Source: the human T2T-CHM13v2.0 reference genome, Homo sapiens. From it: 64,000 bases of DNA. How positions within the stretch are numbered: position 1 is the first letter of the stretch; each line of letters starts with the position of its first letter. The notes beneath the pieces are model-generated. The model saw only the letters and a program-made list of their open reading frames with translations, was not told where the DNA came from and made no database searches. Position numbers and translations under genes: made by a program. This document shows positions 40,556 to 62,053 of the stretch, piece after piece. The stretch lies in NCBI RefSeq assembly GCF_009914755.1, contig NC_060927.1; one strand, given 5' to 3'.

Positions 40556-41351
40556 TAGAATCCAATATTCTAACCTTTTCAATATAGAGGCTAATACAAT
40601 TTTCAAAATATTCTCACATTTTATTATTTGCCAACAGACAATAGGTTATGTTTTCAAACATAAATTGCAAATAAGATAAAAAGAAGAGAGCAGCAGTTTC
40701 TCATTTAAGACATGATGTTTAGAATCTAATTTCTAACATAGTACACACACTGTAGTGTCAACATTCTTGTAATCTCAAACAATGCTGAGTGAAAAAAACA
40801 AGATCCAAAAGGATATGTACAGTATATCACTTAAGTAACTATACCAAACAAAAAAGGTATAGAATGATGATGGACTGATACAAACAAGAACAATAGGAAA
40901 ATATGCATAAGAATGCTGTATACCTACTTCAGTGACAGTGGTTAGAAAAGGCACTAAGGGAGATGAAGAGAAGAGGCATTTGGTCTTTTAAAGCAACGCT
41001 AAATGTTCATTGTTTTAAAAATTCAATTAAAACTAAAGCAAATATTAGGTGGTGAGCATATATGGGTATCTTATATCACTGTGTATGCTTTTCTATTCGT
41101 TTGAAGCATTACGGTTTTTTCTTTTCTTAAGTTTTAAAAGGGGTAGCATATAAAACCAAAAAAAAAAAAAACCAGATAAATATTCTCTGTATTGGAAACA
41201 AAAGGGAAAACATGTCAAGTCTTACAGAAATTAAAAGGATAATAAAAGAGGAATACAAACAATTCTGTAAATATTAAGGTTGACAGCTTAAATGCAATGT
41301 GATCTCTAATTTTTCCAAACTGCCAAAGTTCACTTAAGAATAAATAGATAA

Positions 41352-44140
<2,789 letters not shown>

Positions 44141-45597
44141 TTTCTTGATTGTCATCATAGGACTTAAATTCATCAAAATTCACAGAACCTATACAACAAA
44201 AAGGGTTACTCTTACTATATTATCATACCTCAATCAATTTAACTTTAAAAAAGATTTCTCAAAATTACAACATTTTGGTTTTCCATTAGAAAATTCCTCT
44301 TGAACGCCAGAAGATACTTCCGGAAGATACATGTACTTCCTGAACTCTGCAAGATAAGCTGACTGGATGTTCCATATTACTAGATGATCTGTTTCTAATG
44401 CATGGGAATGTACAACCAATCAGATAAGCTTCAAAAAGGATAAAGACATGTAAAGCATTCCACTTCAGCCAAAATGCTCCAGGTACTCCATAATTATCTA
44501 CAAAGACCGTCGAATAACCAATATGAGAGGATTCTAAAAACAAAGGAAATCTTACAAAGGGAAAGGAAGCGCTAGGGATGTGATACAGATGGTAACTTAA
44601 AATCACCAACCCACACTCATACATACTGCCCGCTAGGGGGAAATAAGGTGGGCACAAGAACAGAAACGTATGTCAAGAGAAAGCACGTTCACATCCCAAA
44701 GCCCATCGTACCAAATAAAAAAGTTGGTCAAGCTAACCGCTGTTTGAGAACAGCAAGCCAACCCAAATCACAGACTTCCTAAAGTAACATAATTGGAAGT
44801 CTGAGATAGTTATCATTGTTTGTGGACTATAACAAAAAAGAGTTTCACGGAAGTGTTTGTATGGAGAAATGAAAGAGCTGGAAATTGAATAGTTTTTATT
44901 TCATTATGAAATACACATGAGTCTACCATAGTTCTGAAAGACAGGGAAGGATGGATAAGGGGAGAAAGGAAGGGGCATGAGGCATACCATTTCTTTCTCT
45001 ATCTTAGAGGTAAAGGAATCTAAAATATAGAGCACAGCAGCAGTCACACTCACAGGGTCCAGAGGAGTATCCCTGGTCATCTCCCTAGTACTTGGTTTGT
45101 CAGAGAGGTGGTGTAATTTGATGGGAAGACCCAAGGGTAGACCAAGAGTCCAGTGCAGGCTCTATTACTATTAATGTGCTCCATAACCTTGTGCCAATCA
45201 CTGGCTTTTAGTTAAAGCTTGGGCAATATCTCTAAAACCTGTCTTAAAGAAATTTTTCCAAAGAGAAAGATACAGTAGCAACCAAGGGCAATCTAAAGGA
45301 TTCTAGCTCTTCTTGGCCAGATAGGCTATGGCATATTTCTTAATATGAATGAGGATTTAACATTCTCATTTTATAAAATTCTATAGATTTCCCAGTAGGA
45401 TATAAGCTTTAAATAAGGTGGCAAAATGCTGTTCAGCAAACCCCAAGCCCAACAACCATGAAGAAAACTATACCAAGGCTGTTTATAATCAAAATGCTAA
45501 AAAACCAGTGATTAAGTGAAATCTTAAAAGCAGTCAGAGAAACCAAGACTTATTTTAAAGAACAAAGATAAAAACGATAGAATGATAATCAAATATT

Positions 45598-45883
45598 GGC
45601 CGGGCATGGTGGCTCACGCCTGTAATCCCAGCACTTTGGGAGGTGGGCAGAGCACTTGAGGTTGGGTTCAAGACCAGCCTGGCCAATGTGGTGAAACTCC
45701 ATCTCTACTAAAAATACAAAAATCAGCCGGGCGTGGTGGTGCATGCCTGTAGTCCCAGCTACTCACTGAGGCATGAGAATTGCTTGAACCCAGGAGAGGG
45801 AGGTTGCAGTGAGGAGAGATCACGCCACTGCACTCCAGCCTGGGTGACAGAGTGAGACTGTCACACACACACACACACACAAA
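45598..45883 (+). mobile_element. AluS with a (CA)10 tail and perfect 17-bp TSD
   Basis: AATGATAATCAAATATT at both 45581-45597 and 45884-45900. Confidence 0.95.
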
Positions 45884-46019
45884 AATGATAATCAAATATT
45901 ATGTAACCCAGGAGACAATGGAGTAACATCTTTTAAGACAACTAAAAGAAACAAACCGAACCTGGAAATTCTATACACATTGAAAATATGTTTTGAAACA
46001 AGGGCAAGAAATGGGAAAC

Positions 46020-46640
46020 CACTGTTAGTGGGAATGTAAAATGCTACAGCCACTTTGGAGAACAGTGGGGCAGCTCCTCAAAAGGTTAAAGGCAGTTCTT
46101 ATTTGACTCAGCAATTCCACTGCTAGGTATATATCCAAGAGGACATACATCCACACAAATATGTATGTATACAAATGTTCACAATAACATTATTAATAAT
46201 AATCAAAAGGTAGAAAGCAAATGTCCATCAACTGATGAATGGATAAGAAAATGTGGCACGTCTACACAATGGAATACCATTCAGCCATAAACAAGAACGA
46301 AGTACTGATACACACACTACAACATAAATGAACCTGGAAAACTATGCTACTGAAAGAAGACAGTCACAAAAGACCAAACATTGTATGATTCCATTTATAC
46401 AAAATTCTAAGATACAGCAAATCTTTAGAGACAGATACTATTTTAAAGGCTCCCTAGGGCTGGGAGTTGGGGAAGGCTGGAGGGTGACCGCTAAAAGGTA
46501 CAGGATTCCTTGTTGGGGAGAGAGGGTAACAAAATATGGCAAAGGTTCATACTTTGTGAATGTACTAACCACCATAAATTCCACACTTTAAATGGATGAA
46601 CTGTATAATATGTGAATTATACCTTAATAAAGCTGTTACC
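46020..46640 (+). mobile_element. L1MB-like 3' end
   Basis: gtgggaatgtaaaatg...aatgtccatcaactgatgaatggataa...aataaagctgtt. Confidence 0.88.
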
Positions 46641-46659
46641 AGAAAAATGGCAAAACAAA

Positions 46660-51725
<5,066 letters not shown>

Positions 51726-53024
51726 TTTAAATAAGGATGGCAAATGCTGTGTTTTTATGCTGGCTGCAGTATAATACTTGTTGGATTTTCTTAAATACAG
51801 AGACTAAATAATTCAAAATTACACATTAGTCTACAGCATTTACTTTAGACAAGTTTTACCAGGAGATAAAATCCAACTGTTTAATATTATTTGATGATGT
51901 AGTATAGAAATGCAACAAATAAATTCTATTTTTGTACAACAAAGTATTTTACCACTAACTTGTATTTTCAAAATGCTCTATCTTCATTCCTGGGTAATTT
52001 TAACTGGCAACAGATTGTAACATTGTAGCAGTAAATTCAGTATGAATATCATCATTACCATTACACACACAAACACAAAAAATACACCTCATAAATTAAA
52101 ACATGTATCTCTTCAGAAACAACCCATGTTGCCAGTTTCACCAAGGCATGAAGTAGTTTTCGTGATGACTGGAAGAGATAATCAACCTAGCATATTTACA
52201 CTGGAACACAGCTTCATATATTTTGAATATATTTCCCATATTCCCAACAATAAAGTAATCCTACTCTTCCTATCTTCACACCAGTATCTGGTCCAAAGTC
52301 TTTCTTATCTACCACAAGATAGAGAAGAAACAAAGCCTGAGTTTACTCAAAAGTCAACTATCTAGTTAGTTCTTTCTTCCTTCATGTCATCTGAAAGTTT
52401 CTGTGGGCAGGATATAGGGAGAAGTATGACTTGTTTCACTACTTTTGAGTCTCTGAATCTTCAAAGGCCAGAGGTAAGGAAAGAAAAGCAAATCAACTTT
52501 ATTTGCCAGAAGTCTTTTTTTGGTTTAATTTTAGGGCTTGGGTGGGTTTTTGTTTTTGATTGAGGGGGGGCGCATCTTTGAGGGAGAAAATAATGAAAAG
52601 TTTAATGATTAAAATAAATTAGTGTTTAGATGAGGAACTTTCCAATCATATAAGACAACTGAAAACTGGCAGCTACACTAATTGTTCTGCATTCATCACT
52701 CTCACATTGCTTTTGCAGTAAAGCAGCAGAGACCAACAAGCCTTGTTTCCTCTGATTCTAAACAGCCTGTGACAAGAATCAGATATGTGTTCATTCATAT
52801 ACGTAGAAGAAATATTGCACAACTCAATGCAAATATTCACTAACCTGAAGGTCAAATTATGTCCTCCATCACAGAAATATAGAAGAATTTTGGTTTATCT
52901 ATACACTAAAGATATTATGACTCTAAAGAACAAGCCATCAGTCAAAAAGCCCACTTTCTTAGAGGAAAAAATATATAAACACAAGAACACCACAAGTATC
53001 ACTCTCTTATAGATGAAATTTACA

Positions 53025-53322
53025 GCCAGGCGTGGTAGCTCATGCCTGCAATCCCAGCTCTTTGGGAGACTGAGGCAGGTGGATCACCTGAGGTCGGGAG
53101 TTTGAGATCGGCCTGACCAAAATGCAGAAACCCCATCTCTACTAAAAATACAAAATTAGCCAGGCATGGTGGCGCGTGTTTGTAATCCCAGCTACCTGGG
53201 AGGCTGAGGCAGAAGAATCGCTTGAACCAGGAGGCGGAGGTTGCGGTGAGCTGAGATCCTGCCATTGCCCTCCAGCCTGGGCAACAAAAGTGAAACTTCG
53301 TCTCAAAAAAAAAAGAAATGAA
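53025..53322 (+). mobile_element. AluSp-like
   Basis: ggtcgggag, cctgaccaa and ccattg diagnostics; TSD atgaaatttaca / atgaaatctaca. Confidence 0.92.
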
Positions 53323-55125
53323 ATGAAATCTACAATCCCGATAGGTTTACTCAGTTATATGGAGGAAGTCAGAAGGTCAGCTCTTATCTCTTTCCTCTAA
53401 AGTCTGATTCATTAGCAGATTAGAAAAAGTTAAAATGACAAGGGAACTACACAAAAATATCCAAGATGTATTTGTCATTGTGTTAGTTTGTAGGGTTTTT
53501 CCACTTCACCACACTGCCTATTAACCGAGAAGTTAAGAGAATACAAACTACTGTAAGTATGAATTTTGCTTTATAGACAAGATAGCTGAATAGGAATTAC
53601 AAATAAATCTCTCATTCCTAAAGCATTATTTAATATAAAACTCTATTGCCTGGATAAATGATAGCGGAATAGGAATAGATAATTAGGTGGTATTTACTTG
53701 ACAAGATCATTAAACTGAGAACAAAAACTTCCAGGGATACCTAAGCTAAAAAGTACACTTTAAAAGATTGTATTGGCCACCAAGAAAAACAACGCATTAT
53801 CTTTACACCAAAGTTCTCTGAGCATGTTATGAGGGTAATAAAATTAATTCTGAAAATACATCTTTCAAAACCACAAAAGGATCAAAATTATTCATGGCAT
53901 TACCAGTTGATTTAACTATTAGGATTAAATCTAATATTAAATTAGCAAAAATCCCCCAATCTAGGGATCAATCTAGTCACTGTGTACTAAATTTATTCAC
54001 TTCTATATAGATCATTTCCTAATTCTAATTTTTTTTAAACTAGGTACTGAAGATTACAGAAGTTTCTACATAACATCTATGGAGAAACTAACTTTGTAGT
54101 TGAGCATTAGTCTCCACACATACTGTGCCCCAAAAATTAAGTGCTTACTAATGTCTAATAAATTAACTTAAAACATAAAAAAAAAATTTTAATCAAAACA
54201 TTCCAATTCATCAGGAAAAATGTCTTCTCTCATAAAACTTCCTAGATAAAAGAGGTCTGAAAATACTAATGAACAATTCAGAGGCTTCATTTATAAAACA
54301 GTACCAGCTGAAGAGGAAGATTATCTAGGAGGTGGCTCCTGAAAAAGGAGAGAGAAAATTCCGGTATCTAAATTATTTATCAGTTCAAACAATTATCTAG
54401 CCCAAGAGAACTACAACTATTCTGAGTCCTATTCAGCTGCAAAATCTCATGAAGAATACAGACTTCACGATTTTCTCAATTTTCATCCCCTTTGCTTCCT
54501 TACACTGTATTCTGACTCTAGACCACTCTAGTCGCTCTGTTTCTAAAACTTTCAGCCAGAGAGTACAGAGCAGAAGAGAACTTCGGAAGGCATTCTATGG
54601 GAGCTCTACTAAGAGGGATCACCGTTTTAAAACAGACAGTGCTTCAGAAGAATCCTATTTAGCAATCAACTGTTGTACCTGTTATGAACAGAAAAGCAGG
54701 CATGAACTTCAAAGAGAGACAGACAATCAAGGGAATCATCTTAAGAGTAACAAAAGAAATGATGCACAGAGTAAAACTAGAAACTGAAGTGAAAAAGGAA
54801 AGTAGTGTAGCAGTATTTCCAAGGCATTTCCCAAAGGTTTTAAATGAATAAACCTATTTGCAGAGGGGGTTAGCCAATATATCACACAATTATTTTAAAA
54901 AGTAAACATTTTAAATAAGAAATCAGAAGAACAGACTGCCCTCTAAATACATTTGAAGAACACAAAAGCAGCATAGTAAGACCTTGCCTCTAAAGATTCA
55001 ACAACAGGTTACAGTCTCTATCCCTGAGAGCCTCATACGGGGCGGATATGGAGCAGCAAATGTGAACACGAAATTCCAGTACAACATGATTGTGTGGTAC
55101 GGTAAGTATATCACAAAGTGCTTCA

Positions 55126-55448
<323 letters not shown>

Positions 55449-56335
55449 GAATCAAGGAAGGTTTCCCCAAAGAGTTACCATGAGCTGGGTCTTGAAGCAG
55501 AAGCTAGCATTTACCACGGTAGCAAAGAGGTAAGTCTTCAAGCAGTTCTAGAAGTACATGTGGCAGGCAGCACAGTGGCATAAAAGAACATGTTCAGGGA
55601 ACACTGAACAGTTTGACCAGAAAGTGCATGCTAAGAAGGGCAAGACCTCTTTGGGCAATGAGGCAGTATATCCAGGGTTTTTTAAGCACACTACATGATC
55701 TATGTGCTTTCTAGAGATATCTCTAGGCAGCACAACAGACTAGACTTGGCAGAACAGTTTCAAGGCTACTGCAATGGTACAGGTCTGGGCAATACAGGCT
55801 TGTAATTAAGAATTGAAATAAAAAATGAAATATAATGAGAACCTAAATTAAGGTAGTCGCAGCAGGGATACTGGACAAATAAAGTCAGCAGAATTTGGTG
55901 TCAGACTGAATGCTAGGGATGGGTATCAAAAAATGTTAAGCAGGAAAAACACCCAATGTACACCTGTTCTATTAGAACCAAGCTTTGCTATGGAGCATGA
56001 TTCAGTATTAACCATTTCAGTAATAAAAACACTTTTCAAAAAAAAAGATGTATCAGTGTCATTCTTTTAATTAATATAACCAAGGTCTAAGTAAGAACAG
56101 CCTTAGGGCTGCAGTACACCTGTTTATACTTGAAAACACTAGCCTTCCATACCAGGTGTTCTGTCCTGAAGCCCTCATCTCAGAGATCCTGAAAAGGAGA
56201 CTGACTGAATCTTGTCTTTGGTCAGTCTGCATTGAGTTTAATTTCTTAGAATGGGGCAAAGATTTGTTAACCCCTGAATGAAGATTTCCAAATTAAAACC
56301 TTAATTATAACTTAAATAAGAAAACCGTTCAGCTA

Positions 56336-56828
<493 letters not shown>

Positions 56829-57022
56829 TCGTCACAAAACGCATGAATATCTATACAACACATTGGGGGAGAATAAATGACAAATTATCTTCTCTATATA
56901 TTTGTAGACAAGTAACTTGGCACTGTAAAATTTTAAGAGTCATCTTACTGTATGACAAATTGCCCAAACTGACATAACACAGTATTTTAGAACTGGAAAA
57001 GACATAGACATCATCTAGTTCT

Positions 57023-57342
57023 GGCCAGGCTCAGTGGTTCATGCCTGTAATCCCAACACTTTGGGAGGTCAAGACAGAAGGATCACTTGAGGCCAGGAGT
57101 TCAAGACCAGCCTGTGCAACATATCAAGACTTCATCTTTACAAAAAAAAAAAAAAATTTAACCAAATTAAATTGTGCCTGGTGGCACAAGCCTGTAGTCC
57201 TAGCTACTTGAGACGCTGAAATGGGAAGATTGTTTAAGCCCAGAAGTTCAAGGCTGCAGTGGCCTATGAGCATGCTCCTGCACTCTAGCCTGGGCAACAG
57301 AGCGAGACCCTGTCTTTAAAAAAACATAAAGAAGGAAAGGAA
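57023..57342 (+). mobile_element. AluJ
   Basis: TSD agacatcatctagttc / agacatcgtccagttc. Confidence 0.93.
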
Positions 57343-58819
57343 AGACATCGTCCAGTTCCATGAATTTCAGGGAATCTTTTATTTTAATTGCAACCCACGG
57401 TTTTAAATCTTAACCTAGTATACACATCTTTACACATATAAAGTTGTATCTTATAATTAAAGCATTTATTTATAACGTAATTGCAGTAGCAGAAACTGTA
57501 TACAGTGAAATTTTTCAGAAACCCTAGGCATTTGAGATCCCTCTTCCAAAATAGAAATCTTTGAAACTATCATCACTCCCATCCTGAGCACCAAAATGTA
57601 ACTCCCTTCCTACAAATATGCTTCAGTGGTCCACACCAAAAGTACTTGCCAAGATGAGCTGATAGTTTACTGTCATATATTTTGTCCCATAGTACCCAAG
57701 AACAAACTGGATGTCCTGTGACTTCCTCCATATTTTAACTAGAGAAGAAACTGGAAATAAAGCCAGCAACGCATACAGTGAAAACAAAATCTACACATTA
57801 GAACACAGAGCCTGAACGACTAATGAAATATGCTCCATCTAACTCTGCCCAGGTAACGAGTGCCTTCCACTGCACCACTGCCCTGGGAAAGTCAATCATT
57901 CACAAACTCACTGCCTTTCACTAGTGATTTTAATGGTGGCACGCAGTTCCTTAAAAGAATTGTGTAATTTTCTGAATAAGTGAAGCGACAAACTACACTT
58001 CAAAGAATCCGATTTTAAGGCAGTCAGCACAGAATGCATATTCTTGGCCCGTTTTTATAGGTATATGTATCCAAAAGACAGGATGAAGAATACTCAACTT
58101 TATAAAGAGAAACACTGCAACAAGCAAAATAAATCATCTAATCTATACAGGCTTATGTTAACTTTTTACATTATAGCTTATCTGAATAGGCTAATAACCT
58201 CAGGATAATTCGGAGCAAGGTAACTCCTCAAGTGACATCTTATTGTCCTCCTCTAATTTAAATGGTCCTGGAAAAGATGGCAAAGTTGGAAGGGAAATAA
58301 TCAAAGGAGTGTAGCTGAAACACTTTAAACATCACATTAAATTTGTCCATTTAATTAAATCACCTGTCTTCTATTCTATTAACTGGGTATGACACCAAGT
58401 AAGTTACTTTTCTGAAACTCAGCGTCTTCAATTGTGAAAGTTAGAGTAACAACTATCTCTCAGGATTGCTTTGAGTATTAATTGAAAAAAAAAAAGACAC
58501 AAAAGTGGCATGCAAAATGTCAAGTACTTATGTAAATATACAGTATCTGAGAATATCATCTTAAGATCTACCTTCTAAATGTTCAAGTGGCTGGTACAAT
58601 ATTTTGCACATGAGTACTCAAATATTTGTGTATTCAATCAGTCATAATTTAAAAGGATCCAAAACTTTAATTGTAAAAAGTAAGGATTATTTCATGTACT
58701 GCTTATATATTTACTCACTACTACTACTACTAAGAAATCAGTCACACTTTTAGAATGGTTACTCATTCAATTCAGTACACAATATATGGGAATTTAAAAA
58801 ATTATCACTGTGTAACATA

Positions 58820-59050
58820 TACTATTTACAGTACATATTTTGTGCCCAGTCCTGTGCCAAGCATGCTACCTACATTGACTCATTTAATCCTTCTAATACC
58901 ACTATGGAGAAGTTATTATCCCTATCTTATAAATGAAAAACAAAAGCACAAGTTCATGTAACATACCCAAGGTCACAAGGTGAGCAAATGGCAGAGCTGC
59001 TGTTACTCAAACTTGGGTCTGACATCAAAGCCCTCACTCCCAACTACTCA
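58820..59050 (-). mobile_element. MIR
   Basis: ctcatttaatcct...cccaaggtcaca...aaatggcagagctg...tctgacatcaaagcc. Confidence 0.8.
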
Positions 59051-59059
59051 TCCTCTTCT

Positions 59060-59360
59060 TCAATATGGTACCCACTAGCCAAAGGTGGCTACTGAGCACT
59101 TGAAATGTGGTTAGTCTGAACTAAACTTTGCTGTAACCCTAAAATGTACACTAGATTTTGAAGACTGTCTTTGAAAAAAAGAATGTAAACTATCTCACTG
59201 TAATACTGGTTACATGTTAAAAAAAACATTCTGGATATAATTGGTTCGATAAAACATATTCTTAAAATTAATTTCACCTGCTTAATTTACTTTCTTCCTG
59301 TGACTACTAGAAAGTTAAAATTACATGTGGCTTACAATATATTTCTTTTGGATAGCACTG
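59060..59360. mobile_element. MER33/MER3-type hAT MITE
   Basis: ccactagcca...ggctactgagcacttgaaatgtggttagt...ttggatagcactg. Confidence 0.85.
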
Positions 59361-59814
59361 ATTTAGAACATCACACAAAATGTCTTATATATGAAGAGTA
59401 CGAAACAATTTTAAATTTACAAATACAATATATTTTAAAGAATACATTCAGATACTTTCCAATCTTAACAGCTGTTTTAATACTAAGTTAGTAGTGTGCC
59501 TGATAAAAATTTTAATCCCTTAATGTAAAAACACATTGTCACTTAAATATTCCAAACCAGATTAATTCTAAAAATTTCCTATTAGGAAAACTGCTTTCTT
59601 CCAACTATAAAAGTGATACTGACTCATCCACACATACACTACAGAAATGCAAAAAAGAATCCATCATCTCAGAGTTAAGGTTTTTATCAGTCATTCCTTC
59701 CAGGTATATGTATTAGTATGAATGGTATGAAATATTAGTTTCATGTAATTTTATCATTTTGTAACTTGTTTTTCTGATTATGAACCTTTTCCTTTATCAT
59801 CACATATTCTCAAC

Positions 59815-60530
59815 ATTTTTAACTATTTTGAAAATAATTATAAATTCACAGGAAGTTGCAAAAATGGTACACAGAGGTCCCATGTAATCTCCACCCAGTT
59901 TCCCAACATGTGCACCTTCTTGATAACACAATGACACTGGTAGGTATGCATATAGTTCTATGCCACTTTATCACGTTTAGATTCATGTAATTACCACTAC
60001 AATCAAGATGCAAACCTACTTCATCACCACAAAGATCTTCCTCTTGCTACCCTTTTACAGTTACATCCATCTCCCTCCCTCCTGCCACTAGTCCTAACTC
60101 CTGGCAACCACTAATGTGTTCTCTTATCTCTGTAATTTTGTCATTTCAAGAATGTTAATTCTTGAAATTATCCTATAGTACGAGACCTTTTAAGATTGGC
60201 TTTTTTCACTCAGCATAAAGCCCCAGGAGTCCACCCAAGTTATTCTATGTATCCATAGTTTGTTCCTTTTTGTTGCTGAATAGTATTCCATAGTATGAAT
60301 GTACCATTCACCTACTGAAGAACGTGTGAGTTTTTTCTAGTTTTGGGCTATTACATATAAAGCTGTGGACAGGTTTTTTTTGTGAACATTAGCTTTCATT
60401 TCTCTGGCATAAATGCTCAGGAGGCAACTGCTAGGTCATATGGTAAGTATATGTTTCATTTTGTAAGAAACTGCCAAACTATTTTCCAAAGTGGAATGTA
60501 CGATTTTATATTCTCACCAGCAATGTGTGG
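59815..60530 (-). mobile_element. Old L1 3' end
   Basis: ttcacaggaagttgcaaaaat...ctggcaaccactaat...taagaaactgccaaactattttccaaagtgg. Confidence 0.88.
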
Positions 60531-60567
60531 CAGATCTGAAAACTTAAAAAAAAAAAAGACAGGTATG

Positions 60568-60884
<317 letters not shown>

Positions 60885-61413
60885 CTACCAAACATTTTTA
60901 ACAGCTGCAAAATATTCCATCATGGTGGTTCCATAATTTTGGCAATTCCCTAAGGATCCCTATTTAAGTCATTTTCAATTTTTTGTTGTAATAATGACGT
61001 AATTCGTAACAGAAATTTTTATAAGCAGGTCAAGCAAATTCCTAGAAGTTATGTTGCTGGATCACAGGGTACAAATATTTCAAAGGCATTTGATACTAAC
61101 TGCCGTACTGGCAGTCAGAAAATGTAAATCAACTCCCATACTCGCAAAGAGTCTATTAGAATGCCTATCTCTCAGTCTCACTGAAGTTATTTTTTTAATC
61201 TTTAAAACTTGATTTGCCAAAAAAAAAAAGTTATCTTACTTTGTATTCCTTTGAGTAATGGGAAGGCTATACATTTCTCATATTTACTGACTTAATTTGT
61301 AGTTATTTTATTACTTATTTGCATTCTTTGCAGGCTTTTTACTGGAATATTGGTTTACTGATTATAAGACCTGGTTCCATCTCTCCGCTGTGCAATGCAA
61401 AAAAAAAATAGGA

Positions 61414-61711
61414 TTTTTTTTTTTTCTTGAGACCAGCTCTTGCTCTGTCATCCAGGCTGGAGTATAGGAGCGCAGTCATAGATGACTGTAGCCTCGAACT
61501 CCTGAGATCAAGGGATCCTCCTGACTCAGCCTCCCAAGTAGCTGGGATTATAGGTATGCACCACCATGCCCAACTAATTTTATTTTTGTAAAGACGGGTT
61601 CTCACTTTGTTGCCCAGGCCGGTCTCAAACTCCTAACTGTGAGCAAGCAAGCCTTCTGCTTCAGGTTCCCAAAGTGCTGGAATAACAGGCATGAGCCACC
61701 ACATCACAGCC
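61414..61711 (-). mobile_element. AluJ
   Basis: Poly(T) followed by reverse Alu consensus. Confidence 0.92.
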
Positions 61712-61959
61712 AGAAATGAGATTTTTTTTTTTTTAAACATATCTGAAATCCAATCCTAAGTGCTAATAATGCAAGATAGATGATTTTAGAATGCAAAAAG
61801 ATAAGAGTTTAATTGATATGGTTCCCTAATTTATAAACACTCCTATACTTTGCACAATGTTTTCATCAATTAAGGCATCACCTCAAATGCCAAAAACATG
61901 GTTCCTATAAATGCAGACCACTTACTTCTCTTAAGTTCACTTTGAAAATGTCAACATCT

Positions 61960-62053
61960 AATTTTCTGAACCTCTGGGAATGGGACTCAGCAATGTGTTG
62001 AAGAAGTCTTCTTCCAAGTGATTCTGATAACATGCTAAAGTTTGAGAACCAGC
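61960..62053. mobile_element. MER5A fragment
   Basis: ccaagtgattctgat...gctaaagtttgagaacca. Confidence 0.75.
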
